From positions 11,381,571 to 11,445,570 of the forward strand of contig CAJINV010000001.1 in assembly GCA_905178155.1 (NCBI GenBank): a stretch of DNA of 64,000 nt. Direction: 5' to 3'. The notes beneath the pieces were generated by a model that had not been told where the DNA came from, did not search any database, and saw only the letters and a list, made by a program, of their open reading frames with translations. Position numbers and translations under genes: made by a program. Positions 1-9,111 of the stretch are shown here, one piece after another (positions within the stretch are counted from its first letter, which is position 1; each line of letters begins with the position of its first letter). The DNA comes from Amoebophrya sp. A120 (lineage: Eukaryota; Protista; Dinoflagellata).

Positions 1-164
1 GGGACACGAAAAAAACCAAGAATAATCGTGATTCCCAACTTTTCGGTCGTTCGAAGTTGATGTAGTTGGCGACGAGGCGACCATGCTTGGTCGAACAACA
101 GCGCCAAGAATTGGCAGCAATAAGGGCCCCGATCGGGCGTGGGGCGGGTTTTTTTTCTGGGCCT
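1..164. repeat. Direct repeat identical to 4263-4426 (runs off the left edge of the window)
   Basis: gggacacgaaaaaaaccaagaataatc...ttttctgggcct matches 4263-4426 base for base, then the copies diverge (cgcccg vs tcatgc). Confidence 0.95.
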
Positions 165-1057
165 CGCCCGGATGTGGCTCCGGCCTTTGGGCGGGCCCCA
201 GACATCGCGCCGGGCTTGCCTGTCGACCACGGCAGGAAGGCTAGTGGCAAATCAACGCGCGCATTTTCCCCGTTGTTTGCCGTTCTTTGGCTCCTTGCTT
301 GCGGCGCTAAGCTTTTCCGCGCTGTGCGGAATTGCTCGCGCACACAAAAAGGGCGGGGAGATGTGAAGAACGCTACTTGCCCCGACATGCGCCCTCCCAA
401 TATTTGGGCGAACAACCCGGCAACCTAAGACAATGCCCAGAGCAGTTTTTCAATTTGGGCGCACCGCGCCGAGCGGAAAAATGGCCGGCCCACGCTGCCC
501 GCGGACTCGTCTGGCTACTTGCCGCCTGGCAGCCGTGCCCCGGCCGGCGGGGCCAGAGCGCTGCAGGCTCCGGGCCCTAACTTCCTCCGGCCTCTTCTGG
601 TCTTTCTTGCGCAACAACCACTCCGCCTCGTCATTGGATGGGGGCGTGGTCGCGTGGCCTGGCGCCGTGTTTTTTCCCGGCCTTCCTGTTGAACGTCGGC
701 CACCCCAAGTCAGGGGGGCGCACCCGCCTGGGTGAGCACTGGTTGCAGCCACCCGGCCCCAAAGAACAGGCGCGCCACCTTTGTTCATCTTCCCCTCTTG
801 CTCCCGATGTTCCGAGGGGAATGAAATATCCTGCGCCCGCCCAACTACAATTACATCGCACCGTGGCGCGCTCTTTGCCGCGTGCAAAATTTCAAATCGG
901 CAACAGAAAAAAGCCCGCCGAATGCGTAAAAGCCAGGGGCCGCGATGGTTCTTCAGGCGGTCGCGAGCGGGCCCCGCGGCAGCAGCGGCGCTGCGAATAT
1001 GCGCAACGCCGAGCAAAAATCCCGCGAAACCTCACACCCGACTCAAGGTCCCAAGAG

Positions 1058-1222
1058 ATGGCCGACCCAAGAATCTTGGTTTTTTCCCGGTTTTTTTTTC
1101 CGCATCTGGCCAATTCTTGGCCAAAAAGGGCCCTTTTGGCCAAGAAATCCGCTTTTTGGCCAAGAATTGGCCAAAAGGGAGAAAAAAATCCGGGAAAAAA
1201 CCAAGATTCTTGGTTCGGTCAT
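1058..1222. repeat. ~165-bp imperfect palindrome with nested sub-palindromes
   Basis: ccaagaatcttggttttttcccgg (from 1067) pairs with ccgggaaaaaaccaagattcttgg (ends 1213). Internal ttggccaa repeats and ttggccaaaaagggcccttttggccaa are also self-complementary. Confidence 0.85.
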
Positions 1223-1921
1223 TTGTTTGGGAGGAAGGATTTTTGCTCATTGCTTGGCAATTTGCGAAGGAAAATGCCGCGCGGTGGGCCGCTTCCGAAG
1301 CGCTTCGTGACCGCCACACCCATAGACGAAACGCGCCCGCGGGGGTCAGCAATCGTCGCAGAGGTTGGGGCGCGCGGGAGCCTCCAGGACAAAGCCGCGC
1401 AGGCAATAACACACGCCCACACCGCAAAACGGCTGCGCCTGCTGCGACGTGAATGCCAGCGCCCAGGCCCTGAAGGGTGCAATGTAAGGCGCACCCGCTT
1501 CGGCGCCGCCATTCTTTCTACAGTCAGGGCCCGGGCCGGCGTGCGCTGGGTTGGCTGCTATGGCGCCGCGCTTTTTCCTGTTTTCGGTTTGCTTCTTTGG
1601 CAGCCAAGGGAGGTTTCCCCCCGGATGTCAGTCAAGCAGCAAGGTGAGCATATTTGAAAGCAGCCACCCAGGCTGCGGGGTTTTGGTTTGTTTTTCCGAA
1701 GCCAATTTTCCCGAGGGGCAACGGCCGGGCCCATGCAAGGCCATTCGTAGCCCGCAGGAGCGCCGCCGCTTATTAAGTTCTCCGTGTCCCGCCTCCTGGC
1801 GTTTTCCATGTATGCCAAGAAGTTCGCAGCAAATACTAGCGGCGCGTCTCGTTGATTGTGTGCGCCAGCAGGCGCAGGGCGCACCCTTGGCTCTTCCTGG
1901 CGTCCCTTGCCCCCCCCCCAC

Positions 1922-1963
1922 AGGATTCGAGTCCACACTCTCAAAGATGCTGAAGGATAAACA
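1922..1963. repeat. Conserved junction motif, copy A (lacks the first 6 bp)
   Basis: aggattcgagtccacactctcaaagatgctgaaggataaaca. Confidence 0.95.
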
Positions 1964-1969
1964 TTCAAC

Positions 1970-2580
1970 CTGACGGCTCGTGATGAGTTACATGGTCTGA
2001 CGGTTTCGTGACGTTTTGAAAAAAGAAAAGCGAAAATTTTACTGTGGCTCGGCACTACGATAGCTTCGGGCGATAGGCGGCAAAGCCATGCCGCGAAACA
2101 CACCGCGAAGCACCATTGGTCCTACCCCAGGACAGTGTCTGCCTGGGGAGCGTGCACGCATGTCGCCACACGCGTTGAAAATTGTGTGGGCCCCCATAAC
2201 ACAAAAAGACGAAAGAGCAAACCCCAAATGCCCAACGACTGGCATCCCACCAGCCAACGCAGGGGCGCGCAACGGCTGGACGTTGGCCATATTCTGGGTT
2301 GCCGCCTGACGTTTCCCATGGGCGCCTTTGGTGGTAAGTAGCTAGGTAGGCCCTCAGGTAGCCCAAGAATGAAATGACGCAATTTGACGGAATGGTGACA
2401 AAACCGTCACAAGTTGGAAGGCGGTTCCAATTTGGTTAGTGACAGTTTTTCTTCCCCGATGGTATGCTCCGTTTTAGCGGAATTTCTGACGAAACCGTCA
2501 CAAACCGTCAAACAACCGTCACAAACCGTCGCCAGAACGTCAAATATCCTTCCCACAAACCGTCACTCATCTGTCACGAG
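1970..2580. repeat. Cluster of short (A)AACCGTCAC / TGACGG motifs in both orientations
   Basis: tgacggctcg and ctgacggtttcgtgacg (~1971-2013); tgacggaatggtgacaaaaccgtcac (~2386-2410); aaaccgtcacaaaccgtcaaacaaccgtcacaaaccgtc (~2492-2530). Confidence 0.7.
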
Positions 2581-2845
2581 ACTACCAACCAACCAGCAAG
2601 GAGACACCACGGGTCCGTCAACCTGCGCGCCGAGCAAGATTGTGCACATGCTGTGCCCCCACTAAGCCGAAAGGAGAAGCGAAGCTTGCCGACCCCGCCT
2701 AAAGGGGAGGACGCCAAAACCCGCAACAAGGCAGGACACACACCCAGAATCAAAACCGCTGCGGCTTGACCCTAGGATGAGCGCACCCACGGCCCATATT
2801 TGGAACGAACCCGTTACACATCCACACACACCACAAAAACATGTG

Positions 2846-2885
2846 GGGACGAGGATTCGAGTCCACACTCTCAAAGATGCTGAAG
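2846..2885. repeat. Conserved junction motif, copy B (40 bp)
   Basis: gggacgaggattcgagtccacactctcaaagatgctgaag. Confidence 0.95.
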
Positions 2886-3447
2886 TCAAGAGGTCTGAAT
2901 TTCCAAGATGAGTTAACTGAATTAAATGAGTAAATTTTTTTTGCAATCGCCGGCCTTCCGGGTCGTTGGTGATTCTGTCTGGCCGAACGGTACCGCTTGC
3001 GGCCGCAGTCCTTCGCTATCGCTGGCGGCCTGCCCGGTTTCCACAAACGGGCGCGGGGACTGCGTAGTGGCTGCCGGAACTGCTAATGCCGTCGCGAAGG
3101 CCGGTTCCGTTTGAATGAGACTTCGTCTCCCGTCGCGCACCAAATGACCGCAGAGACGAAGGCGGCCCGACACTCTCCTGCACCGTGGACCCATAACGCC
3201 AGCCTGGCTTCGTCGACGGCTGCTCGTCCAGGTCGACACAAGTTTCGGACCCTCCAATGCTGTCCTAAAGTTCACATACGTCCACAAGCTTTCCTCCACG
3301 ACCTAGCTAAAGCACCTAAAAAACAACCGAAGTCGGGGTCTCTCCTTCAGATAAAGGTAGCGCCCGGAACATCCAAAGTAGTAAAGAGGTCATTGCTAGC
3401 TCTGCGGAATTGATTGGCGATCTTGTTTGTCACGAGTTTGTCGCTGC

Positions 3448-4152
3448 CTAGTCGAAGAGACCGGCGACCTTGCTTTCAAAAAGATCTTTGTTCTTGCCGC
3501 CCTTTTTGAACACCGCAGTACTGCCACTGCTGGAAGAAGATGCATTTCCGCCGGCGTTTTTCTTCGACTTCTGCAGGTCCTTCATCTTCGCTGCCACCAC
3601 CGCGACGTCCGCATTGGTGATCTTCTTGACCCGCTTTGCACCGCCCTTCTTGTTGGTGTCCGGCTCATCATCTTCGTCCACAATAACGGCGTCGTCCTTC
3701 TTCTTCGTCGCATTGTTTCTCTTGCGCTTGTTATTTTGCTCCCGATTGGCCTGCTCCTTGATGATCCCGATATCATTGGCCAGGGCTACCAGCTTGCCCG
3801 CTTCAATGTTGGTGAGAAACTTGCTGCAGTTGTTGCGCAGGTTGTCGGCCTGCTCGGTGATCAGCATCAGCTGCGGGCTCTTAAGGGTCTTGAGTTTGTC
3901 CTTGTTCTTCTGGTGATTCAGCAGCGCGTTCTTGTGCGTAAGCGCGCAGGAGATTTTCGAGTCGCCCAGGTGGTAGTTGAAGGAGTCCTTGTAGACCGCA
4001 TCGATCTCCATCAGTGGGGCCTTCGCCACCCTCGCCTGCGCCTTCTCGTCGTCCAGGGTCAGATCGATGTATTTGATCGCGCGGGACGCTCTGACCTCGT
4101 CAATCGAGCCCGCCTTCGAAAACTCCAGGGCGAGGAGCAAGTCCTCGGCCAC
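3448..4152 (-). CDS. Orphan Lys-rich ORF (234 aa), probably a 5'-truncated gene fragment or exon inside a cassette
   Basis: Strong G/C third-position codon bias. No ATG start (opens at GTG); the frame is closed upstream by a TGA inside motif copy C. A possible splice acceptor (ataaacAG) lies just upstream. No recognisable domain. Confidence 0.55.
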   Translation of the reverse strand: MAEDLLLALEFSKAGSIDEVRASRAIKYIDLTLDDEKAQARVAKAPLMEIDAVYKDSFNYHLGDSKISCALTHKNALLNHQKNKDKLKTLKSPQLMLITEQADNLRNNCSKFLTNIEAGKLVALANDIGIIKEQANREQNNKRKRNNATKKKDDAVIVDEDDEPDTNKKGGAKRVKKITNADVAVVAAKMKDLQKSKKNAGGNASSSSSGSTAVFKKGGKNKDLFESKVAGLFD

Positions 4153-4178
4153 ACGTTGCGACCTGTTTATCGTTTTTT

Positions 4179-4239
4179 GGGACGAGGATTCGAGTCCACA
4201 CTCTCAAAGATGCTGAAGGATAAACACGAAGTGCAACCA
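4179..4239. repeat. Conserved junction motif, copy C (61 bp shared with copy D)
   Basis: gggacgaggattcgagtccacactctcaaagatgctgaaggataaacacgaagtgcaacca. Confidence 0.95.
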
Positions 4240-4262
4240 TATGAACGGACAAAATGCAAAAC

Positions 4263-4426
4263 GGGACACGAAAAAAACCAAGAATAATCGTGATTCCCAA
4301 CTTTTCGGTCGTTCGAAGTTGATGTAGTTGGCGACGAGGCGACCATGCTTGGTCGAACAACAGCGCCAAGAATTGGCAGCAATAAGGGCCCCGATCGGGC
4401 GTGGGGCGGGTTTTTTTTCTGGGCCT
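4263..4426. repeat. Direct repeat identical to 1-164
   Basis: Direct sequence comparison. Confidence 0.95.
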
Positions 4427-4785
4427 TCATGCGGAAAACGCCCGGGCGGTTTGCCTTTCTAAAAGACTTCTAATTTTTCCGGTTTTGAAAAAAAAAGCCC
4501 AACCCATTTGCCCCATCCGCGGATCGGGTGGGAATCAAATCAAAAAAAGGCGCCCACACTACCCAGGAAGAAAGAGGAGGAGAGAGAGCCGCCGGCCCGG
4601 CGACGCAGACAACCCGATGGCAGGAGACTTACGATGAGGCGACGGGGTGCAACAAGAAATCAAGACAACCACTCCCAAACCAGAAACCCGCCAGGACGAT
4701 CGCAACACGCCCTTCCAACGCGGCGATCACAACAACCTTCGAAAGCCCGACCTTTAGTTCCGACGTCTAAAGCCCTTCTCTCATT

Positions 4786-5050
4786 TCCGCCTCTAATTCC
4801 CGCCTCTAAAACTGGCCTCTAAAGTCGGCCTCTAAAACCGGTCTCTAAAGCCGGCCTCTAAAGCCGGTCTCTAAAACCGGTCTCTAAAACCGGTCTCTAA
4901 AGCCGGTCTCTAAAGCCGGTCTCTAAAACCGGCTTCTAAAACAGCCTCTAAAAAGGCTTCTAAAATATCCTCTAACTTCGTCCTCTAAAAATCCTCTAAT
5001 TCTTCCGCCGGCATGGCAGTTTTCGGACTTCTAAAAATCCTCTAAAACTG
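4786..5050. repeat. 13-bp minisatellite (consensus ~CTCTAAARCCGGY), about 12-15 copies, degenerate at the edges
   Basis: ctctaaa recurs at 13-bp spacing from 4804 to 4921; looser copies flank it. Confidence 0.9.
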
Positions 5051-5490
5051 CCATACAGGCGAAATCACACACAAAGTCGCGATTTTGTGATTTTAGAAGA
5101 CGAAATAGAAGAACTCGGGACGCCAAAACCGGAAGCGGAACCGGAAGATTCCGGCTCCGCTTCACGCGAACATCCAGTGCCGGACATCCCGAAATGTTTG
5201 CTTCGGACCTGCAGGAGATGACGTTCGTGTTCGAAACCACGAACATCATCTCCCGGCCCTCGACAAACGATCTACTTCTTCGAGCCAGCGGTGCATGTGC
5301 GGGGATGCGAAGAGGCGCAGACCGCTTCGCATCTCCAGAGAAGACGGGCAAGCCCCTCGCCTACCACCCACATTGTGCGCCACCCTCCAATGTACATCTA
5401 CACCCACCAACGACCACCCTGGTAGCCCAAAATTGCGCGGAACCACTTTACCCAAAAAACAGCCCTAATTTTTAAATTTTAAAAGTGCAC

Positions 5491-5551
5491 GGGACGAGGA
5501 TTCGCGTCCACACTCTCAAAGATGCTGAAGGATAAACACGAAGTGCAACCA
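5491..5551. repeat. Conserved junction motif, copy D (one substitution); right boundary of the cassette region
   Basis: gggacgaggattcgCgtccacactctcaaagatgctgaaggataaacacgaagtgcaacca, followed by AT-richer sequence downstream of the WD40 gene. Confidence 0.95.
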
Positions 5552-6001
5552 ACATATGTGAAATATTTTTTCAACACGAATCACATCACACGAAATCAAG
5601 CGAACGACAAGCCTCTGCAGTTCCTTTGGATAAATTCGCCTATTTGGTAGTTTTGTTTACTCTCTCGCAATCATTCTTCAACTCCAAGCTAAACTCGAAC
5701 AAAAGACAAAGACGGCTCTCGGTGTAACTCGCTTCGAATAGACACAGCATATCAGGCTGCGCCTGTGCTCTGGATAGTGTAAAATGAACGAAGATATGGT
5801 ATCCAAATCAGGAGCTATGCTACAACGATACACAGCGAATCGCAAAAATTAAAATCAAAAAGACCGACATAAATGAACAACGGGAGAGACTCTCACTATA
5901 TTGAGGCTCTGGTTCTGCAAGAACGTTTTTGTTTTTTCTCGGGGGCAGCTCGTTCTTTCACAAGAAAGTGCAATTTTCATATTCTCCAATGCTGTAAGAT
6001 T

Positions 6002-8083
6002 CTACCTCACCACCTTGTCGAAAAACTGCACATTTCCGTCGTCTCCAGTCGCGACGAGCGTTCCACAGCTGGCCACCACGACTGCGCGAATGGCGTTCTC
6101 GCAGATTTTCTGCTGGCTGCGCATTTCCCCACTCACAGCGTCGACGAAGGTAAGGAAGCCGTGGCCGTCGCCTAGCACCAGGGTGTTCGCAACCAGGTTC
6201 GCGGTGTAGACAAAGTCACCCGAAACAGGGCCTAGCTCAAAGAAACTCGATCCCGCAGTAACATCCGTCCACTTCACGACACCGTCCGCGCCCACCGTGA
6301 GAATGTTGCGCTCGCCGTGGACCAGGATGTTGTTCACAGCTCCCGTGTGGAGCGCGAAATTGTGGGCGCATCTCGCCTGCCGCGGATCCCATGCCCGCAC
6401 GTGTCCATCCTGCGCGCCGGTGAGGAATAGAGTTGATGTTGGTGTAGCTGGCATTGCAGCAGACTGCGGCTGTGAGGATTCTTCTTCTGGGCGAGGAGGA
6501 CTACACGCCATGTCTTGCAGCGCAGTGATGTGCCCCTTGTGGCCAGTGAGCGTCTGAATGCAGGTTCCGGTGGTGGATGATCGCGCTCGCCCGAGGTCCC
6601 ACAGCTTGCAAACCCCAGACCGATCGCCGGAAAGTATGAAGCTGCTGTCCTGCGCAGAGGAAGTAGTGGATCCACCTCGTGATGACCACAGAAAGTCCAG
6701 CACTGGCGCGGAGTGCCCTGCCAGTGTGCAGGCTTCCCGCTTGGTTTTCAGATCCCACACCCGCAGTGTCTTGTCGTACGACGCGCTCACGGCGAGCGTT
6801 CCTTTGGCCAGGATTTTTGAGATGGACCCCCGATGCCCAGCAAGCTCCTTGCAGGCGATTCGAGCGGCGGCGCTGCTTCTGCCTCCACGGCCGCGCGCAA
6901 GTGCAGCAGTTGAGCTACTTGACGATCCGCCGCCTCCGCCACTCCAAACACAGATCTTACTGTCCGCGCCACCGGATATGACCGTTGACTCGTCGGCTTC
7001 GGCGTAGCAACAGGCAGTCACCCAGTCCTTGTGGCCGAGCGTCTCCGAAGATGGAGCAGAAAACAACCGCGATACAGTGCCACTACTCACTTCCAATTCT
7101 TTTACCAAATGGTCGCAGCCTCCCACGAGAACGTGCGTGGCGGCACGGTTTTTGGCCATGCACAGAATGTTCCTGTCACTCACATCTATCCATCGCCCGG
7201 CGGCCCAGTGTTCGCGTTCCTGACCGTGTTTGACCGACGTCCAAGAACTGGAATTAGAAGCGATTTCGAAGTGACGCAGTTCCTGCAACGGTGAACCACC
7301 AGAAACAGGAACTTCTTCGGTTTTCATATTGGCAGAACACATTTCTTCGTTGCTACCGTTTCTGACATGTTGTTCAACCTGCACATTCTCGAGCGGCCGC
7401 TGCGACGACATCTTCGCAGTTTGTACGTGCAAATATGGATCAGCCTCCGTTCCAGATACACCATCGTCCCTCAGATGTTCTTCGAACTCCCGCATGTATG
7501 CGTCGTTTCGCAAGTGCGATGTTGCTGCAGATGTCAACTGCACCGCCGGCCCGCTCTTTTGCACCGGACCTTCCGGCTTTTTCTTTTGCGCCAGTTTCGA
7601 CCGCAGGCCCGCAGAGAGAGGCGCCGCTACTCCGAGGACGCGAGCTCCTCCACCCCCTGCGGTCGGAGCGCCCGATGCCCGGGTCTCCTGTGTGCTTCGT
7701 TGTTGCTTTTTCACTGAGGCTGGAACACCGAATTTCTGATCGCCCTTTATGTGTAACAGGTTAAGTTCCGATGGAGTGGAAGCGGGTTTCCTGCTGTCGT
7801 CCGTTGGAGCTGATGGCAGTAGTGGCACCCTTGAACCTCCAAAAGGTTTAGCACCTAGCCGCCTTAGAATCTGTTGTCCATTGGGGCCCTCGAGCGGCAA
7901 AAAGATGTCCGAAGACATTTGGTCGGCCAGACAGACCCATTCCCGCCCGTCGGAAGTGATTAGGCTCCCCGTGATGGTCTCGCCTTTCTTGGCCTTGCCA
8001 AGCAACTTATCATCCCAATCTGCTGAGCCGCGATGCTGCACTGGCAACAGCACCTCGAATCGCTCAACTTGTTCACACGGCAT
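6002..8083 (-). CDS. WD40-repeat protein (693 aa)
   Basis: Several GH...WD repeats (GHKDWVTAC...SGGADSKICVWS; GHRGSISKI...SASYDKTLRVWD; GHSAPVLDF...SGDRSGVCKLWD). Single long ORF. Confidence 0.9.
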   Translation of the reverse strand: MPCEQVERFEVLLPVQHRGSADWDDKLLGKAKKGETITGSLITSDGREWVCLADQMSSDIFLPLEGPNGQQILRRLGAKPFGGSRVPLLPSAPTDDSRKPASTPSELNLLHIKGDQKFGVPASVKKQQRSTQETRASGAPTAGGGGARVLGVAAPLSAGLRSKLAQKKKPEGPVQKSGPAVQLTSAATSHLRNDAYMREFEEHLRDDGVSGTEADPYLHVQTAKMSSQRPLENVQVEQHVRNGSNEEMCSANMKTEEVPVSGGSPLQELRHFEIASNSSSWTSVKHGQEREHWAAGRWIDVSDRNILCMAKNRAATHVLVGGCDHLVKELEVSSGTVSRLFSAPSSETLGHKDWVTACCYAEADESTVISGGADSKICVWSGGGGGSSSSSTAALARGRGGRSSAAARIACKELAGHRGSISKILAKGTLAVSASYDKTLRVWDLKTKREACTLAGHSAPVLDFLWSSRGGSTTSSAQDSSFILSGDRSGVCKLWDLGRARSSTTGTCIQTLTGHKGHITALQDMACSPPRPEEESSQPQSAAMPATPTSTLFLTGAQDGHVRAWDPRQARCAHNFALHTGAVNNILVHGERNILTVGADGVVKWTDVTAGSSFFELGPVSGDFVYTANLVANTLVLGDGHGFLTFVDAVSGEMRSQQKICENAIRAVVVASCGTLVATGDDGNVQFFDKVVR

Positions 8084-9111
8084 ATTTCGTACTGTATTGA
8101 AACAACAACTCCTTGAGATTGTCAGACATTTACAAACGAAACAGATCTAAATAAATCGTGCAAAATCACATCCCTGTACCTTGTTCACGAGCTCCTTTAG
8201 GGGCTGAAACGGTTCTCAAGGTTCACTCAGAGAAAGAAAAACCTAAATTCGATCTTGGGAAGAATGGGAACTGACAAATCCAATTGAGCTGCCCACTGTA
8301 CATAAATTTCCTTATTTCAAAAGGTCGGATTTTCCGTCTCAATCGCTCCTTGTCGATACGAAGGCTTCCGTGTAAGGCGCAGTTTCGTTTGTTCGCTCAG
8401 AAAACGAAGAAGTTTGTTGGATGCCAAATTCGCGAAGTTGACCCATGCTCGCTACCAGGCCATCTCAACAGGCCGAACTCCGCTTTCAATGAATGTAATG
8501 AGCTTATGAAAGCAGGAGATACAGATAGAGTCTCTGCTTTCTCCTTTTCCCAATCCATAGACCGGGAATCTGACTTTACCAAAACATAGAACTACATGGT
8601 CGTATGCAATTCTAAGGAGGCACGCATCATCTTGCACGGCAACATCATCGCTTCAGATATAACCGGTGCGCTCTCTCCGGCCAAAATTCAAATGACGCCA
8701 GAAGAACAGTCAGTCGTCACATGTTACAGTTGATTTGCGATTACATATTAAGAAGTTGATTTGCGATTACATATACATACTGAATTTGCCGATAAAAAAA
8801 AACAACATTGAGCCAAACTGACGTAAAAAACTAAACCATGAAACCTGACGTAAAAAACAAAACTTTGCTGCTTCTTCTTGAAACGCCACGTAATCAAGAC
8901 CTGAGAGACGAAAAAGATTACAACTTAGGTGGGTTCCCTACTACGAAAATCAAAATGCATTTAAAGTAATACACCGAATTTGACGTCTAAATTGTACATG
9001 AAGCGATAGAAATCAATCGCTGCTGGGCGACGATGCCTTTGCGAAGATGAATCGCATGTCCTCTCGCACAGAGCGCAATGCCGCTTCTGCGCTTTACTTC
9101 TAAAACCCTGT

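Noticed and set aside
66-3413. Many overlapping 60-340 aa ORFs in the cassette region
   Set aside because: Arg/Pro/Gly-rich translations of GC-rich DNA with no domain or codon signal; no RT or transposase motifs.
1922-5551. CRISPR array, tRNA gene, snRNA or hammerhead ribozyme as the identity of the junction motif
   Set aside because: Spacers are kilobase-sized; no cloverleaf or A-box; no match to U1, U2, U5 or U6 cores as I recall them; no CUGANGA...GAAA hammerhead core.
8728-8865. Short local duplications (agttgatttgcgattacatat x2; ctgacgtaaaaaac x2), similar ones near 25790 and 63280
   Set aside because: Ordinary slippage-type duplications with no further structure.
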